Source of the DNA: a bacterium
Lineage (GTDB): Bacteria; Electryoneota; JAOADG01
Assembly (NCBI GenBank): GCA_026417415.1
Contig: JAOADG010000008.1
Coordinates: 449,349 to 513,348 of the forward strand
Direction: 5' to 3'
Length of the DNA: 64,000 nucleotides
Below are positions 9,081 to 19,549 of this stretch, piece by piece; the first letter of the stretch is position 1; every line of letters begins with the position of its first letter. The notes beneath the pieces were generated by a model, which was not told where the DNA came from, did not search any database, and saw nothing but the letters and a program-made list of their open reading frames with translations. A program made the position numbers and the translations under genes.

Positions 9081-10514
9081 TTACGATAGTACCATTTTTT
9101 TCTCCACTCGATCTGCAAACCAAAACAGCAGTGCTACTATAATTGCTGGATAAATTGGTTCTATATTGAAAAAATAATCACCGTGAAACCATGGCAATCG
9201 TTTGGAAAATGTCCAAATAAAAGCAACTAAACTTGTTGTAATCATTGCCCAAAATGCCCAGAAATTGGATAGTTTGAATTGATTACTCCAACTAGTTAGA
9301 AGCGGTAACAGCAATGCTGGTCCAAAAATGGACCCAAATTCTAACCATATCTGAACAATGCTTTCATTCGTTGATGCGATAATTGCTGATACAATTACAG
9401 TAATGAGTAAACCGATTTGAGTGTATTTGGTGGAATACGATTCATTTTCAATGAAATGATCCGAAAGGTTTTCACGTCGCCATCTCCATAAAACATCCCG
9501 ACCTATGGTTACAGATGCTACGAAAGTGTATGAATTGATGGTTGACATAATGGTAGCGAACATACTAACCCAAAAAAAACCACGCAAAATAGGTGGGAGA
9601 ACTGTACTTGCTAGTGCTCCGTAACTTTGGGCAGGATGCTCAAGTTGTGGGAAAAGAGCTCTTGAATAAAGTCCACTAACCGTAGTTAAAAAATCAAAAG
9701 TGAACCAGAATACGACAGATAAGATCATTCCAGTTTTTGCGACTTTGGGTGATTTAGCAGAAAAGCAGCGTTGATAAAAAGTAGGTTCAACCAAGGTGCT
9801 AGAGGCAATGAAATACCATACTAAAATGGAAGTGAACCATTGTCCACCAGTAGGAGTTAAGAGTTCTTGAGGAATTTTGGATTGAATGAATGAGAAACCA
9901 CCTAACGTAAAATAACTAAATGAAACTAAAACAATAAATCCACAATACATACAACAGAACAAAAACAGATCTGCGTAAATGACTGAACGTAAACCACCAT
10001 TCAATATGTAAATCGTTGAGACAACCAAACCTAAAAGTAAAGCACACCAAAATGGGATTGGGAAAATCATTTGGATGAGTAGTGTTATCATCAATAAGTA
10101 AGCACCGGGTGCTGCAGTAACAAATTGAAAGATACCACCTAAAATCGCAGTGCGTTTATCGTATGATTTTTCTAATTGATCTGGGATGCTAAGAAGACGT
10201 GATTCATTTACTTTCTTTGAAAGAAAAAAAGCAAAAATAAGCGCGTAAAGATAGTAGGGAACACCAAATACAAACCAATTGGATAATCCATATTGATAAG
10301 AATATTCGGCTACACCTAAAATACCCCCGTAAAAAGAGGATACAGTAGAGGCGACAAATGCTGGTAAAGTGATGGTACGAGATGCGACAAAAAAATCTAA
10401 ATTTCCTTTTCGCCAGCTTTTCCTCGCGAGCAAACCGATTCCAATCGAAATTAGGAAAAAAACAGAAATGATCATGAAATCAGAAAAGTTTAGTTTTAAC
10501 ATTTCAACTTCCAA
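9081..10514 (-). CDS. Sodium:solute symporter family (SSF-like) transporter.
   Basis: 477 aa with about 13 predicted TM helices. The N-terminal segment 'FFVASRTITLPAFVASTVSSFYGGILG' resembles the SSF signature. Confidence 0.55.
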   Translation of the reverse strand: MEVEMLKLNFSDFMIISVFFLISIGIGLLARKSWRKGNLDFFVASRTITLPAFVASTVSSFYGGILGVAEYSYQYGLSNWFVFGVPYYLYALIFAFFLSKKVNESRLLSIPDQLEKSYDKRTAILGGIFQFVTAAPGAYLLMITLLIQMIFPIPFWCALLLGLVVSTIYILNGGLRSVIYADLFLFCCMYCGFIVLVSFSYFTLGGFSFIQSKIPQELLTPTGGQWFTSILVWYFIASSTLVEPTFYQRCFSAKSPKVAKTGMILSVVFWFTFDFLTTVSGLYSRALFPQLEHPAQSYGALASTVLPPILRGFFWVSMFATIMSTINSYTFVASVTIGRDVLWRWRRENLSDHFIENESYSTKYTQIGLLITVIVSAIIASTNESIVQIWLEFGSIFGPALLLPLLTSWSNQFKLSNFWAFWAMITTSLVAFIWTFSKRLPWFHGDYFFNIEPIYPAIIVALLFWFADRVEKKMVLS

Positions 10515-10596
10515 AACAACCTTGGGAATTGTAGGTATTAAAAAACATTTGTACTATAGAATTGTACTATAGAATATAAATTTAGACGAGGCAACT

Positions 10597-12909
10597 GTGG
10601 TAAAAAAATCGTTTTCTAACATCAGTACAATCACTTGTATTTCCTTGACCTTCCTTTCTATTTCATTTTCTGTAAAAGCAAGTGAGGTAGAAGCAAGAGA
10701 GGTTTATTCATTAATTCAAGTTCAAAATGATAGAAAGAATGTTTTACGAACCTTGCTGGTTGAGGGCTTTGACCTCGTACGTTCTGATCATCTACAGTAT
10801 TACCAAGTGGTTGCAAATCAAAGTGATTTACAACGATTACAAGAGTTGGGTTTCAATTATATCGTTCAGATTCATGATATGTCAGCATTTTATGAACAAC
10901 GATTGCAAAATGAAAGTTTGGATTTAGTGGGAGGTTATCCTACCTATGCAGAAACGAATGACTCTTTATGGCTTTATAGGTCACTTCGTCCAGACATCGT
11001 ATCCATCCCAGATACTATCGGATTTTCTATTCAAAATAGACCTATTTTAATGATTAAAATCAGTGACAATCCAAATGTAGATGAAAATGAACCGGAAGTA
11101 TTCTACAATTCAATGATCCACTCAAGAGAAATGATTACCCATACCTTGTTGATGTATTTTATCCGCTATTTAATTAACAATTACAATTCTGATGCACGAG
11201 TTCAAAACATTGTGAACAACCGTGAATTGTATTTTGTTCTTACGGTAAATCCAGACGGTATGGTTTACAATGAGACCTCGAATCCAAATGGTGGAGGAAT
11301 GTGGAGAAAAAATAGGAGAGTGAATCCGAACAATTCTCGAGGTGTTGACTTAAACCGAAATTTCGGCTTTATGTGGGGTTATGATAACTTTGGATCCAGT
11401 CCAGTAGGAAACAGTGAAACCTATCGCGGTACTGGACCTTTTAGTGAACCTGAAACACAAGCGATTCGGGATTTTATGAATGGTAGACAATTTCGTATCA
11501 CACTCAATTATCATAGTTATTCAAACTTCTATGTTTATCCAATTAGTTACCGGCGGATTTATGCACCAGATCATTTGCTATTGCACAATCTGGCTCTTAG
11601 AATGAATGTTGTGAATAATTATCAAGTGGGACAACCCTGGTGGCTGTTGTATCCTGTGAATGGAGATGCACCAGATTGGCAGTACAATGTTTCTCCTGAT
11701 TCATTAAAAAACTTTGCATATGTGGTTGAAGTGGGAACACAAGAAGATGGATTTTGGCCGCCTTTATCACGAGTACCTATTTTATGTCAAGAAAATTTAG
11801 AAGCAAATTTAAGAGCAGCTGAATTAGCTGCTGAACCGAGAATTGTTTTACCTCCTTCAAAACCAATCTTACTTTCACCTGATACAATACAGATGGATTT
11901 ACCAATCGAATGGATGGTCCCAAATTCCACAATCAATATCCCCGTTTCTTATGATTTTAGAGCTACCGACTATTTCCCTATTGGAGTGGAAACTTTTGAT
12001 AATAATTTAAACAATATCGGATGGTTACCAATGGATGTGACGATTACGACTACTCAATTTCACTCAGGTTATCGCTCTTTTCAATTTTTAAACCAAAACA
12101 ATGCACGTTCTATGTTAGTATCTGCTCATCCATATCAAGTCCAACATGGTGATACATTAAAATATTGGCTAAAGTATGATATTGAATCAGATTACGATTA
12201 CTTTTTTGCACAAATTTCAACAGATGGAGGTACTACTTGGATGTCTTTACGTGGTGATCGCACCGATACTACTAATCCTAATGGATTAAATTGGGATCAT
12301 GGAATTACGGGAACTTCTAATAATGTGTGGGTCCGATGTAAACATCCTTTACAAAATTTTGTTGGCAATGATGTGTACTTTCGTTTTGTTTATATCTTAG
12401 ATGGTGGAACGGTGGAGGATGGAGTATGGATTGATGATATAGAGCCATCAATTTTAACAAGTAATCCTTGGACATTGAATTTTACAAACATTACACAATC
12501 TTCTCTACAATTGAATCAGAGTGGTGAATGGTATGTACAAGTACGAGCGACTGATGCAGAAAATGACAAATCCTTATGGTCTAATTTGAGAAAATTTGTT
12601 CTTGTTGCAAATAATGCGAAAAATGAAACACAAAGAATACCCTTTCAATTTGCAATCACAAAAATTTATCCGAATCCTTTTAACCATTCAATATCTATTC
12701 ACTACACAATTCCATTCAATACTAATGTGATCATTCAACTGTATGCTTTAGATGGAAGACAAATTGCAACTCTTTCACAAAAGTTCCATCCTACAGGAAC
12801 ATACAATATCAATTGGAAAGCACCGAACGAACTCTCTTCCGGAATGTATTGGTTAGTTCTTTCCAATGAACAACATCGTATCATGAAAAAAGTTCTTTTC
12901 ATCAAGTAA
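10597..12909 (+). CDS. M14-family zinc carboxypeptidase with a C-terminal T9SS sorting domain.
   Basis: Signal peptide. M14 motifs 'IHSREMIT' (HxxE), 'NPDG', 'NRNFG', 'LNYHSYS'. C-terminal 'IYPNPFNHSISIHYTIP...MYWLVL...VLFIK'. Confidence 0.85.
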   Translation: MVKKSFSNISTITCISLTFLSISFSVKASEVEAREVYSLIQVQNDRKNVLRTLLVEGFDLVRSDHLQYYQVVANQSDLQRLQELGFNYIVQIHDMSAFYEQRLQNESLDLVGGYPTYAETNDSLWLYRSLRPDIVSIPDTIGFSIQNRPILMIKISDNPNVDENEPEVFYNSMIHSREMITHTLLMYFIRYLINNYNSDARVQNIVNNRELYFVLTVNPDGMVYNETSNPNGGGMWRKNRRVNPNNSRGVDLNRNFGFMWGYDNFGSSPVGNSETYRGTGPFSEPETQAIRDFMNGRQFRITLNYHSYSNFYVYPISYRRIYAPDHLLLHNLALRMNVVNNYQVGQPWWLLYPVNGDAPDWQYNVSPDSLKNFAYVVEVGTQEDGFWPPLSRVPILCQENLEANLRAAELAAEPRIVLPPSKPILLSPDTIQMDLPIEWMVPNSTINIPVSYDFRATDYFPIGVETFDNNLNNIGWLPMDVTITTTQFHSGYRSFQFLNQNNARSMLVSAHPYQVQHGDTLKYWLKYDIESDYDYFFAQISTDGGTTWMSLRGDRTDTTNPNGLNWDHGITGTSNNVWVRCKHPLQNFVGNDVYFRFVYILDGGTVEDGVWIDDIEPSILTSNPWTLNFTNITQSSLQLNQSGEWYVQVRATDAENDKSLWSNLRKFVLVANNAKNETQRIPFQFAITKIYPNPFNHSISIHYTIPFNTNVIIQLYALDGRQIATLSQKFHPTGTYNINWKAPNELSSGMYWLVLSNEQHRIMKKVLFIK

Positions 12910-12919
12910 AGGTGGAATT

Positions 12920-14737
12920 TTGAGTAAATCGCAAAACCCTTTTATCCGATTGCTGTTTGTAGGAAAAGAGTACTGGAAATTGTTTCCAGTTGCAGCGATT
13001 TGTGCTTTCATCTATGTAGCGTGTTATAGTGCTGTAATGTGGTTAGGTGCAGGTTTTTTGAAATTGATTTTCACTCCTAATTCAGAAACATTACCAGTTC
13101 CCAATGGAATCAATGAAACACTTAAATACTATACTTGGAAGATCATCGGTGAAGGTACACCCTTTGACAAATTGCTTAAAATTAGCATCATTCTGTTAAT
13201 TCTTTACTTTTTTGCTGCATTTTTCAAATTTCTCCAAAATCGTACTCTGTTGTTGGTTGAACAAAAGTTAGCATTCAAAGTCCGTTCCTTGTTGTTTGAA
13301 AAATACTTATCACAATCTATCGGTTTTTTTCATAAAAGAAAAGCTGGTGAGTTAATGACTACCTTGTTAAATGATGCACAATCCTTAAATCACCACTTGA
13401 CAAAAGTATTTGCTATTTTTCTCCGTGAACCTGCAAGCATACTCGTTTCCATCGTGCTTCTTGCTTCAATTTCGCTCCAAATGTTGATCATTACACTGCT
13501 AATTATACCTTTAGCAGGTATTTTAATTAATGCCATAGGAAAGAGTTTGAAGAGAAAATCTACAAGAGTTCTACAAGCATTAGATCAATTTACAGTTTTT
13601 TTAAACGAGAGATTTTCAGGAATTCATTTAATCAAAACCAGTGGTACAGAACAAAGAGAAATACAATTATTTCATCAAGAAAATCAACATCTATTTACTC
13701 AAACGTTTCGGCAAAGACAACTTGACTTAATGGTAGTACCATCTACTGAAGTATTAGGGATGGTCATTATCGTGACCATTTTATTAGTTGGTGGTTACAA
13801 AGTATTGTTCACTGGTATCATCACGGCTGAAGATTTTTTAAGATTTATTTTATTGTTATTTGCCATGTTGGCTCCTGCTCGTGCTTTAGCGGATGGGTGG
13901 TCCTCATTGAACATTACGTCAGCAGCTGGAAAACGTATTTTTGATATGTTAGATACTGATGAATCACTATGGATTAGTCCTAATCCAAAACCATTACCAC
14001 CGCAAATAGCAGAAATTGAATTCCACAATGTTAGTTTTAGATACCAAGATAACTTACCTTTTACATTAAAAAATATCAATTTAAGAATTCTACCCCAAGA
14101 AATGATTGCATTAGTTGGTCTTTCAGGCGCGGGGAAATCTACGCTGTTTCATCTGTTATTGAGATTGTACGATCCAACTGAAGGAAAAATCACATACAAT
14201 ACAATTGATATTAGAGAATATGATCCGATAAACTATCGGAAAATATTTGGTATTGTATCACAAGATACAATTTTGTTTCACGATACTGTTGCAAATAATA
14301 TCGCTTATGGTTTAGATGAACAATCTTCAGAAAAAATTGTTTATGCAGCAAAACTTGCTTATGCCGATCCTTTTATACAAGAATTAGATAATGGGTATCA
14401 TACAATAGTAGGAGATAGAGGGGTACGATTATCTGGTGGTCAAAAACAGAGAATAAGTTTAGCACGTGCATTCATTCGTGAGCCAAAGATATTGTTGTTA
14501 GATGAAGCAACTTCTAACTTAGATAGTGATAGCGAAAAATTAATACAAACTGCATTAGAAAAAATGAAAAATCAAATTACTATTTTAATCATTGCTCACC
14601 GTTTAGCAACCATTAGAAACGCCGATCGTATTATTCTTCTTGATGCGGGCGAGATTTTAGATATTGGTACTTATCAAGAACTAATGCATCGCAGTGAATT
14701 GTTTCAACGTTTAAGTAGACAACAATTTTTAGTTTAA
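12920..14737 (+). CDS. ABC exporter with fused permease and ATPase (MsbA-like).
   Basis: Six-TM N-terminal half. Walker A 'GLSGAGKST', signature 'LSGGQKQRISLARAF', Walker B 'ILLLDEATS'. Confidence 0.9.
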   Translation: MSKSQNPFIRLLFVGKEYWKLFPVAAICAFIYVACYSAVMWLGAGFLKLIFTPNSETLPVPNGINETLKYYTWKIIGEGTPFDKLLKISIILLILYFFAAFFKFLQNRTLLLVEQKLAFKVRSLLFEKYLSQSIGFFHKRKAGELMTTLLNDAQSLNHHLTKVFAIFLREPASILVSIVLLASISLQMLIITLLIIPLAGILINAIGKSLKRKSTRVLQALDQFTVFLNERFSGIHLIKTSGTEQREIQLFHQENQHLFTQTFRQRQLDLMVVPSTEVLGMVIIVTILLVGGYKVLFTGIITAEDFLRFILLLFAMLAPARALADGWSSLNITSAAGKRIFDMLDTDESLWISPNPKPLPPQIAEIEFHNVSFRYQDNLPFTLKNINLRILPQEMIALVGLSGAGKSTLFHLLLRLYDPTEGKITYNTIDIREYDPINYRKIFGIVSQDTILFHDTVANNIAYGLDEQSSEKIVYAAKLAYADPFIQELDNGYHTIVGDRGVRLSGGQKQRISLARAFIREPKILLLDEATSNLDSDSEKLIQTALEKMKNQITILIIAHRLATIRNADRIILLDAGEILDIGTYQELMHRSELFQRLSRQQFLV

Positions 14738-14764
14738 CTTCATTCGGTACATTTATTTTCATTT

Positions 14765-16654
14765 ATGATAACATTTGATCAATTAGAATATGCAAAAAAT
14801 GTTGCAATTTCTGCTGCTCTTGAAGCAGGGAATCTTCTAAGAAGTGAGTTTCATCGAATAGATGGCCCTAGAAGCGAAAATTCACGATCAGCTATTATTG
14901 ATAGAATAGCTGAAAGTATTATTCAAGAAAAATTAAGTTTTCATTTTCCTCAATGGGAATATCAAGGTGAAGAATTAAAACAAGAAGTCCATGCAATTGG
15001 AATTCCTTACTGGACGGTAGATCCAAACGATGGAACAGCAGAATTTTTAAAAGGTCAAAGAGGTTTTTCAGTTTCTATCGCATTGATAGACGAATATGGT
15101 GAACCTGTACTTGGAGTTGTTTATTCTCCTTGTGCACCTGATGATGATGGCGATTTAATTGTTTATTATCGGGGTGGAAAAGTAACGAGGAATCATCAAA
15201 CAATACGCAGAGTACCAATTTCAACAAATAGAGAAAATCATATTCTAATTGCATCATTAGGTGCTGACAAAAAACCGTCTTGCAATTTAGAATTAATTCA
15301 ACCGTCGCGTTTTCGATGTTTACCGAGTATTGCTTATCGGCTTGCACTGGTAGCGGTCAATGAAGCGGATATTGCTATTTCTATCAATAGTCCAAATACA
15401 TGGGATATTGCAGCAGGACATGCGATACTACTCGGTGTGGGCTACGAGATTACCAATGAATATTGTCAGAAAATTCGTTATACTCCACAAGGGACATTAT
15501 CCAGTCGTGGAAAATTTCTATTAGGTGGCAATCCTTCCTTGATTTTTAATTATGCAAAAAAAGAGTGGCAAAAAATTCCTTTAGCAAAATCAGAAGCATC
15601 TAACGATCCCATTTATCCAGTTCGTACACTTGTAGGAAGTTCCTGTTCGAATTCAAAAGTGTTGACCCGTGCACAAGGGTGTTTTTTAGGAGCAATCATT
15701 GCTGATTCGATTGAGTTAGAAAATCATTTGCGAGCGCTTGGTTCAATCATTAATGAAAAATTCAGTACTAATTTTCAAGAGCAAATTCCGCTTGCCGGAC
15801 AAGGTTCAACTGCAACAGAATTAGCAATTTTACTATCACGTGCATTGATTAAAGAAAACTCAATCAATCTAAAAATCATTGCCCAATATATCCAATGGTG
15901 GCTTACTACCTATACGAATACTTTATTTCAAGCATTACAATCTGCAAATCTGAAAACAAATATTTCCCCTCAATTCAATACATTCAATTTACAAGATAGT
16001 ACAAGTTTATTTTCAGTTTTGCATAATATCGCTCAAATTAAATGGATATACCCAATGGCAATGTTTGGTCTCTTGAATCAACATCAGACAAACGATTTCA
16101 ATATTCCAATAGAGAAAATAATCGCTTCTTATCCTATCAATGCATGTTTACTTAGTCTTTACAAAGCGATACTCCATACCTTACGAACTGTAATTTTGAC
16201 AGGAGATAGAGAACGTGCATTTTCAGTAGCGTTACAGCATATCCTTTTGACAAAGGATGAACCATTGATTCAGCTGGTGAGAAACGCACAAAAAAGAATC
16301 TTTTTGCAATCTGCTGATATGGATGAAACTCTAGTATCTTTTCAAAATGCACTGTACCATTTACTTCACACTACTTCGTTTGAAGATTTTCTTAATCATC
16401 GTAGTGATATGTTACAAAAGAGCTCGAGTTCAGCGATATTAAGTGGGGCTATAGTTGGTGCTATTGTCGGCTATAGAAATATTCCAAAATTTTGGAGTAA
16501 AATGATTTTAAGTGCTCATCCTACTAAGAACTTTTCGCATATTCAAATTCCGAGACCATCAGTATTATGGAGTGTAGATGCACTACAAATCGCTGAAAGA
16601 TTATTGACCATTAAACAAAATAATTTAACGAAGGGCAAGCACTTTACGTACTGA
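14765..16654 (+). CDS. Fusion protein: inositol monophosphatase-family domain (aa 1 to about 270) plus an ADP-ribosylglycohydrolase-like domain (aa about 290 to 629).
   Basis: IMPase motifs 'WTVDPNDGTAEF' and 'WDIAAGHAIL'. ARH-like N-terminal motif 'RAQGCFLGAIIADSIE' and C-terminal motif 'SSSAILSGAIVGAIVGYRNIPKFW'. The usual GDTDT acidic motif is replaced by SSSA. Confidence 0.65.
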   Translation: MITFDQLEYAKNVAISAALEAGNLLRSEFHRIDGPRSENSRSAIIDRIAESIIQEKLSFHFPQWEYQGEELKQEVHAIGIPYWTVDPNDGTAEFLKGQRGFSVSIALIDEYGEPVLGVVYSPCAPDDDGDLIVYYRGGKVTRNHQTIRRVPISTNRENHILIASLGADKKPSCNLELIQPSRFRCLPSIAYRLALVAVNEADIAISINSPNTWDIAAGHAILLGVGYEITNEYCQKIRYTPQGTLSSRGKFLLGGNPSLIFNYAKKEWQKIPLAKSEASNDPIYPVRTLVGSSCSNSKVLTRAQGCFLGAIIADSIELENHLRALGSIINEKFSTNFQEQIPLAGQGSTATELAILLSRALIKENSINLKIIAQYIQWWLTTYTNTLFQALQSANLKTNISPQFNTFNLQDSTSLFSVLHNIAQIKWIYPMAMFGLLNQHQTNDFNIPIEKIIASYPINACLLSLYKAILHTLRTVILTGDRERAFSVALQHILLTKDEPLIQLVRNAQKRIFLQSADMDETLVSFQNALYHLLHTTSFEDFLNHRSDMLQKSSSSAILSGAIVGAIVGYRNIPKFWSKMILSAHPTKNFSHIQIPRPSVLWSVDALQIAERLLTIKQNNLTKGKHFTY

Positions 16655-17134
16655 ATGGATCTTATCCATCTTTAATAGAATGAAATAAACTCCACTGCTT
16701 AGTAGTTCTTCCTGGTATTGTAAAATGTGTTTCGTATTAATCCAACCACGATAAATCATTTCTATTTCATTCCCTTCTACATCGTACAAAGAAAGTTCAA
16801 CTTTCATTGGTTTTGGAGTTTGAATTGGAATTGTCATTGTATGATTAAATGGATTTGGATATGTTAGAATGGAAATGTTCGGAAGTGTATTTTCTGAAAA
16901 ATGTATTTCATTTGAATTGGACACTTCAAAGATAAATATACGGACCGTATTTGGTTGTGAATGGTATTGATAATAGGGTTGTCCAATAACAAGATCCTTT
17001 CTATTTTGTCCTGTTATGTTTCCACCACCAGAAATTGAGAAACCGAATCGAGTATTATGTATTAATTCAGGTGGCGAAATCGTATAAAGTAAATTTCTAT
17101 AAATGGAAAACAAATTAACTTTTCCAACAAACAA
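16625..17134 (-). pseudogene. Orphan T9SS C-terminal-domain ORF without a signal peptide; probable remnant of a larger cargo gene.
   Basis: The C-terminal 80 aa are a clean sorting domain ('LTYPNPFNHTMTIPI...SGVYFILL...'). There is no N-terminal signal peptide. The 3' end overlaps the convergent 14765..16654 gene by 30 nt. Confidence 0.45.
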
Positions 17135-17455
17135 TGTATCGCGAATTGTTTCTTAATAACACTTATTCCAACTTCTACTATACCATCTAAATTGAAAACA
17201 GATACATTTGAAAAGAAAATTCAAACTAACCATCTATCGTAGGGTTTGGTTGTTGGAAAGAGCGAACTGTACTACCATTAGATACCTTTTTAACTAGAAT
17301 GAGGATTTCATACCTTTTATCATTGGGCAATTTCTTAGTAACTTAAATTGAAAGTTATCATTCAGTTTGAAGAGATTGAATCAACTATAAGATATCAACC
17401 AATCATTGATCTACACTGTTGTACGTTGTAATATTTTTAGAAATTAAGAAACGAA

Positions 17456-19549
17456 ATGAAATCTTATCATCGTATATTACTGACTGGTGGTGGCACAGGG
17501 GGACATGTACATCCAGCAATAGCAGTTGGTGAAGCGCTTTTACAAATTGATCCCAATACATCCATTTTATATGCAGGTTCTGGTTTACCAGAAAGAGACC
17601 TAATTCCACCAAGTATGAAATATGTAGAATTTAAATCAATAGGTCTTCCGAAAATTTATAGTTTACGTTTTGTAAGGTTTCTTTTGACTTTAGGGGTTGG
17701 TACTTTACATGCAATTATACATCTCTTGAAATTTAAACCTACTGCAGTATTCTCTACAGGTGGCTATGTAAGTGCACCCTCTATATTTGCTACTACGATT
17801 ATCTCTAAATTGAAACTCTTGGGTAGATCTATTCCAATAATCGTTTTTGAACCCAATGCAGAGCCCGGTCGTATGAATCAATTGATTCAAAGATTCGCAA
17901 CCAGAATAAGTGTAACATCTGAAATAGCAAAAAATGTATTTCATTCTGAAAATGTATTTGTAGATGGCTATCCAATACGATGGAACATAGAACACATCTC
18001 AAAAACAGAAGCTCGGAATAAATTGTCTATACCTGAAAATGCTATTGTTATTCTTGCATTTGGTGGCAGTATGGGAGCTCGTACTCTCAATCATGCACTA
18101 TTAAAGGTTTGGAATGAACTCAGAAAAAATGAGAATGTTTATTTAATGCTGGCTGCTGGAAGAAAAAAATCAGACGACTTTGATCCAATACGAGAAGTGA
18201 ATATTCAACGTCGAAAATTGGGTTTGGAAAATGACCATCGTCTGATTGTAGTCGAGAGTTTTGATGATATGTCTATCCCTTATTCTGCTGCAGATATTGT
18301 TGTTTCAAGGGCTGGCGCTGGAACGATTGCAGAAATCTGTCATTTTGGAAAAGCTGCAATACTCATCCCAAAATCTAATCTACCACTAGATCATCAAGCA
18401 GTCAATGCTTTTTCAATGCAATCCCAACAAAAAGCATTAGTTGTCTATGAAAAAATTGTTCTATGCAATAACAAAATAGAAACAATTGTACCTTGGCAAA
18501 CGTTGTATCGTGAGTTGAACAAACTGATTGAACAACCATATCTTCGACATCGTTTGGGACAACAAGCAAAATCCAACGTATCTACCAATGCAAAAATTGA
18601 AATAGCTGAAAAATTACTTTTTTACAGTGCTGGTACTAAAGATCTTCATCATAAAGATAGCACAAAACATACAATAGAAAAAAATCAACTTCCAATAGGA
18701 TTAAACGCAATTGCATTGAGAAACCATTTTGAAAAAGAATTACTCAATCATTCTATTTCTTGGAAATGGACGTATTTGTATTCTGACCAAATATTACAAA
18801 AGGAATTTCCTAAAATTCCATCCATTGAAGTCATTCAATCAGTTCCTTTTTATGATTATTATTGCTATCGTGGGAATGCAATGTTAGGTAATGAAAGTTG
18901 GGAAGTTCAAAATGAAGGAATTAAATTATCTGCACTTTGTTTAAATCATGAAGTATTACCAATTTTATTGAATTGGATTCGAGATCGCAGGCCGACCACT
19001 TGGTTAAAAAGAAAAATGGGAGGTGATTTTCAAACAGTTGGATTTCTTCGTCGGAATGCAACGGCAGCGATTCCAGCATTTCATGATTGGTCTGAAGAAG
19101 TTTTACTTACTTTAGTTTTCGCACTATCGGACCCCTATTGGGAGGTAAGAACTGCTGCTGCAAGAACGTTAGCACGTTTACCCAAAGGAATCAATACAAT
19201 GGATTACGACCGAATGGTAGATGCTATAGAGAAAACCCTTACTTATGAAAGACATTATGAAGTGCTTGCTGCTACTTGGATTGCCTATGGGTATATTCTA
19301 CAAAGAAAACCACTAAAAGAATTCTTAGATAGATACCTTGTTCATCCTAATGATTTAGTTCGCACTTCACTAATGTTCGCAATTGAACTGCTCATTCAAA
19401 AAGGAGTACAATTTGAAGAAGAGGAATTGAATTTCATTTTGAATAAAATTCTTATGACTACATCTCAATTTACTCCAAGTTTTGGATTAAGAAGTGCGAT
19501 TGCTAATTTTCAAAAAACAATTGCGGAGTCAAAGTGCTCTATTGGTTAA
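17456..19549 (+). CDS. murG: MurG glycosyltransferase (lipid II synthesis) with a C-terminal HEAT-repeat extension of about 320 aa.
   Basis: N-terminal 'LLTGGGTGGHVHPAIAVGEAL' and 'SRAGAGTIAEICHFGKAAILIP' match MurG. The C-terminus carries HEAT-like units 'DPYWEVRTAAARTLARL' and 'HPNDLVRTSLMFAIELL'. Confidence 0.85.
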   Translation: MKSYHRILLTGGGTGGHVHPAIAVGEALLQIDPNTSILYAGSGLPERDLIPPSMKYVEFKSIGLPKIYSLRFVRFLLTLGVGTLHAIIHLLKFKPTAVFSTGGYVSAPSIFATTIISKLKLLGRSIPIIVFEPNAEPGRMNQLIQRFATRISVTSEIAKNVFHSENVFVDGYPIRWNIEHISKTEARNKLSIPENAIVILAFGGSMGARTLNHALLKVWNELRKNENVYLMLAAGRKKSDDFDPIREVNIQRRKLGLENDHRLIVVESFDDMSIPYSAADIVVSRAGAGTIAEICHFGKAAILIPKSNLPLDHQAVNAFSMQSQQKALVVYEKIVLCNNKIETIVPWQTLYRELNKLIEQPYLRHRLGQQAKSNVSTNAKIEIAEKLLFYSAGTKDLHHKDSTKHTIEKNQLPIGLNAIALRNHFEKELLNHSISWKWTYLYSDQILQKEFPKIPSIEVIQSVPFYDYYCYRGNAMLGNESWEVQNEGIKLSALCLNHEVLPILLNWIRDRRPTTWLKRKMGGDFQTVGFLRRNATAAIPAFHDWSEEVLLTLVFALSDPYWEVRTAAARTLARLPKGINTMDYDRMVDAIEKTLTYERHYEVLAATWIAYGYILQRKPLKEFLDRYLVHPNDLVRTSLMFAIELLIQKGVQFEEEELNFILNKILMTTSQFTPSFGLRSAIANFQKTIAESKCSIG

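Noticed and set aside
17403-17612. 69-aa minus-strand ORF overlapping the murG start.
   Set aside because: It overlaps the well-supported murG N-terminus (G-loop motif) and has no motif or RBS. It is an antisense artefact of the AT-rich sequence.
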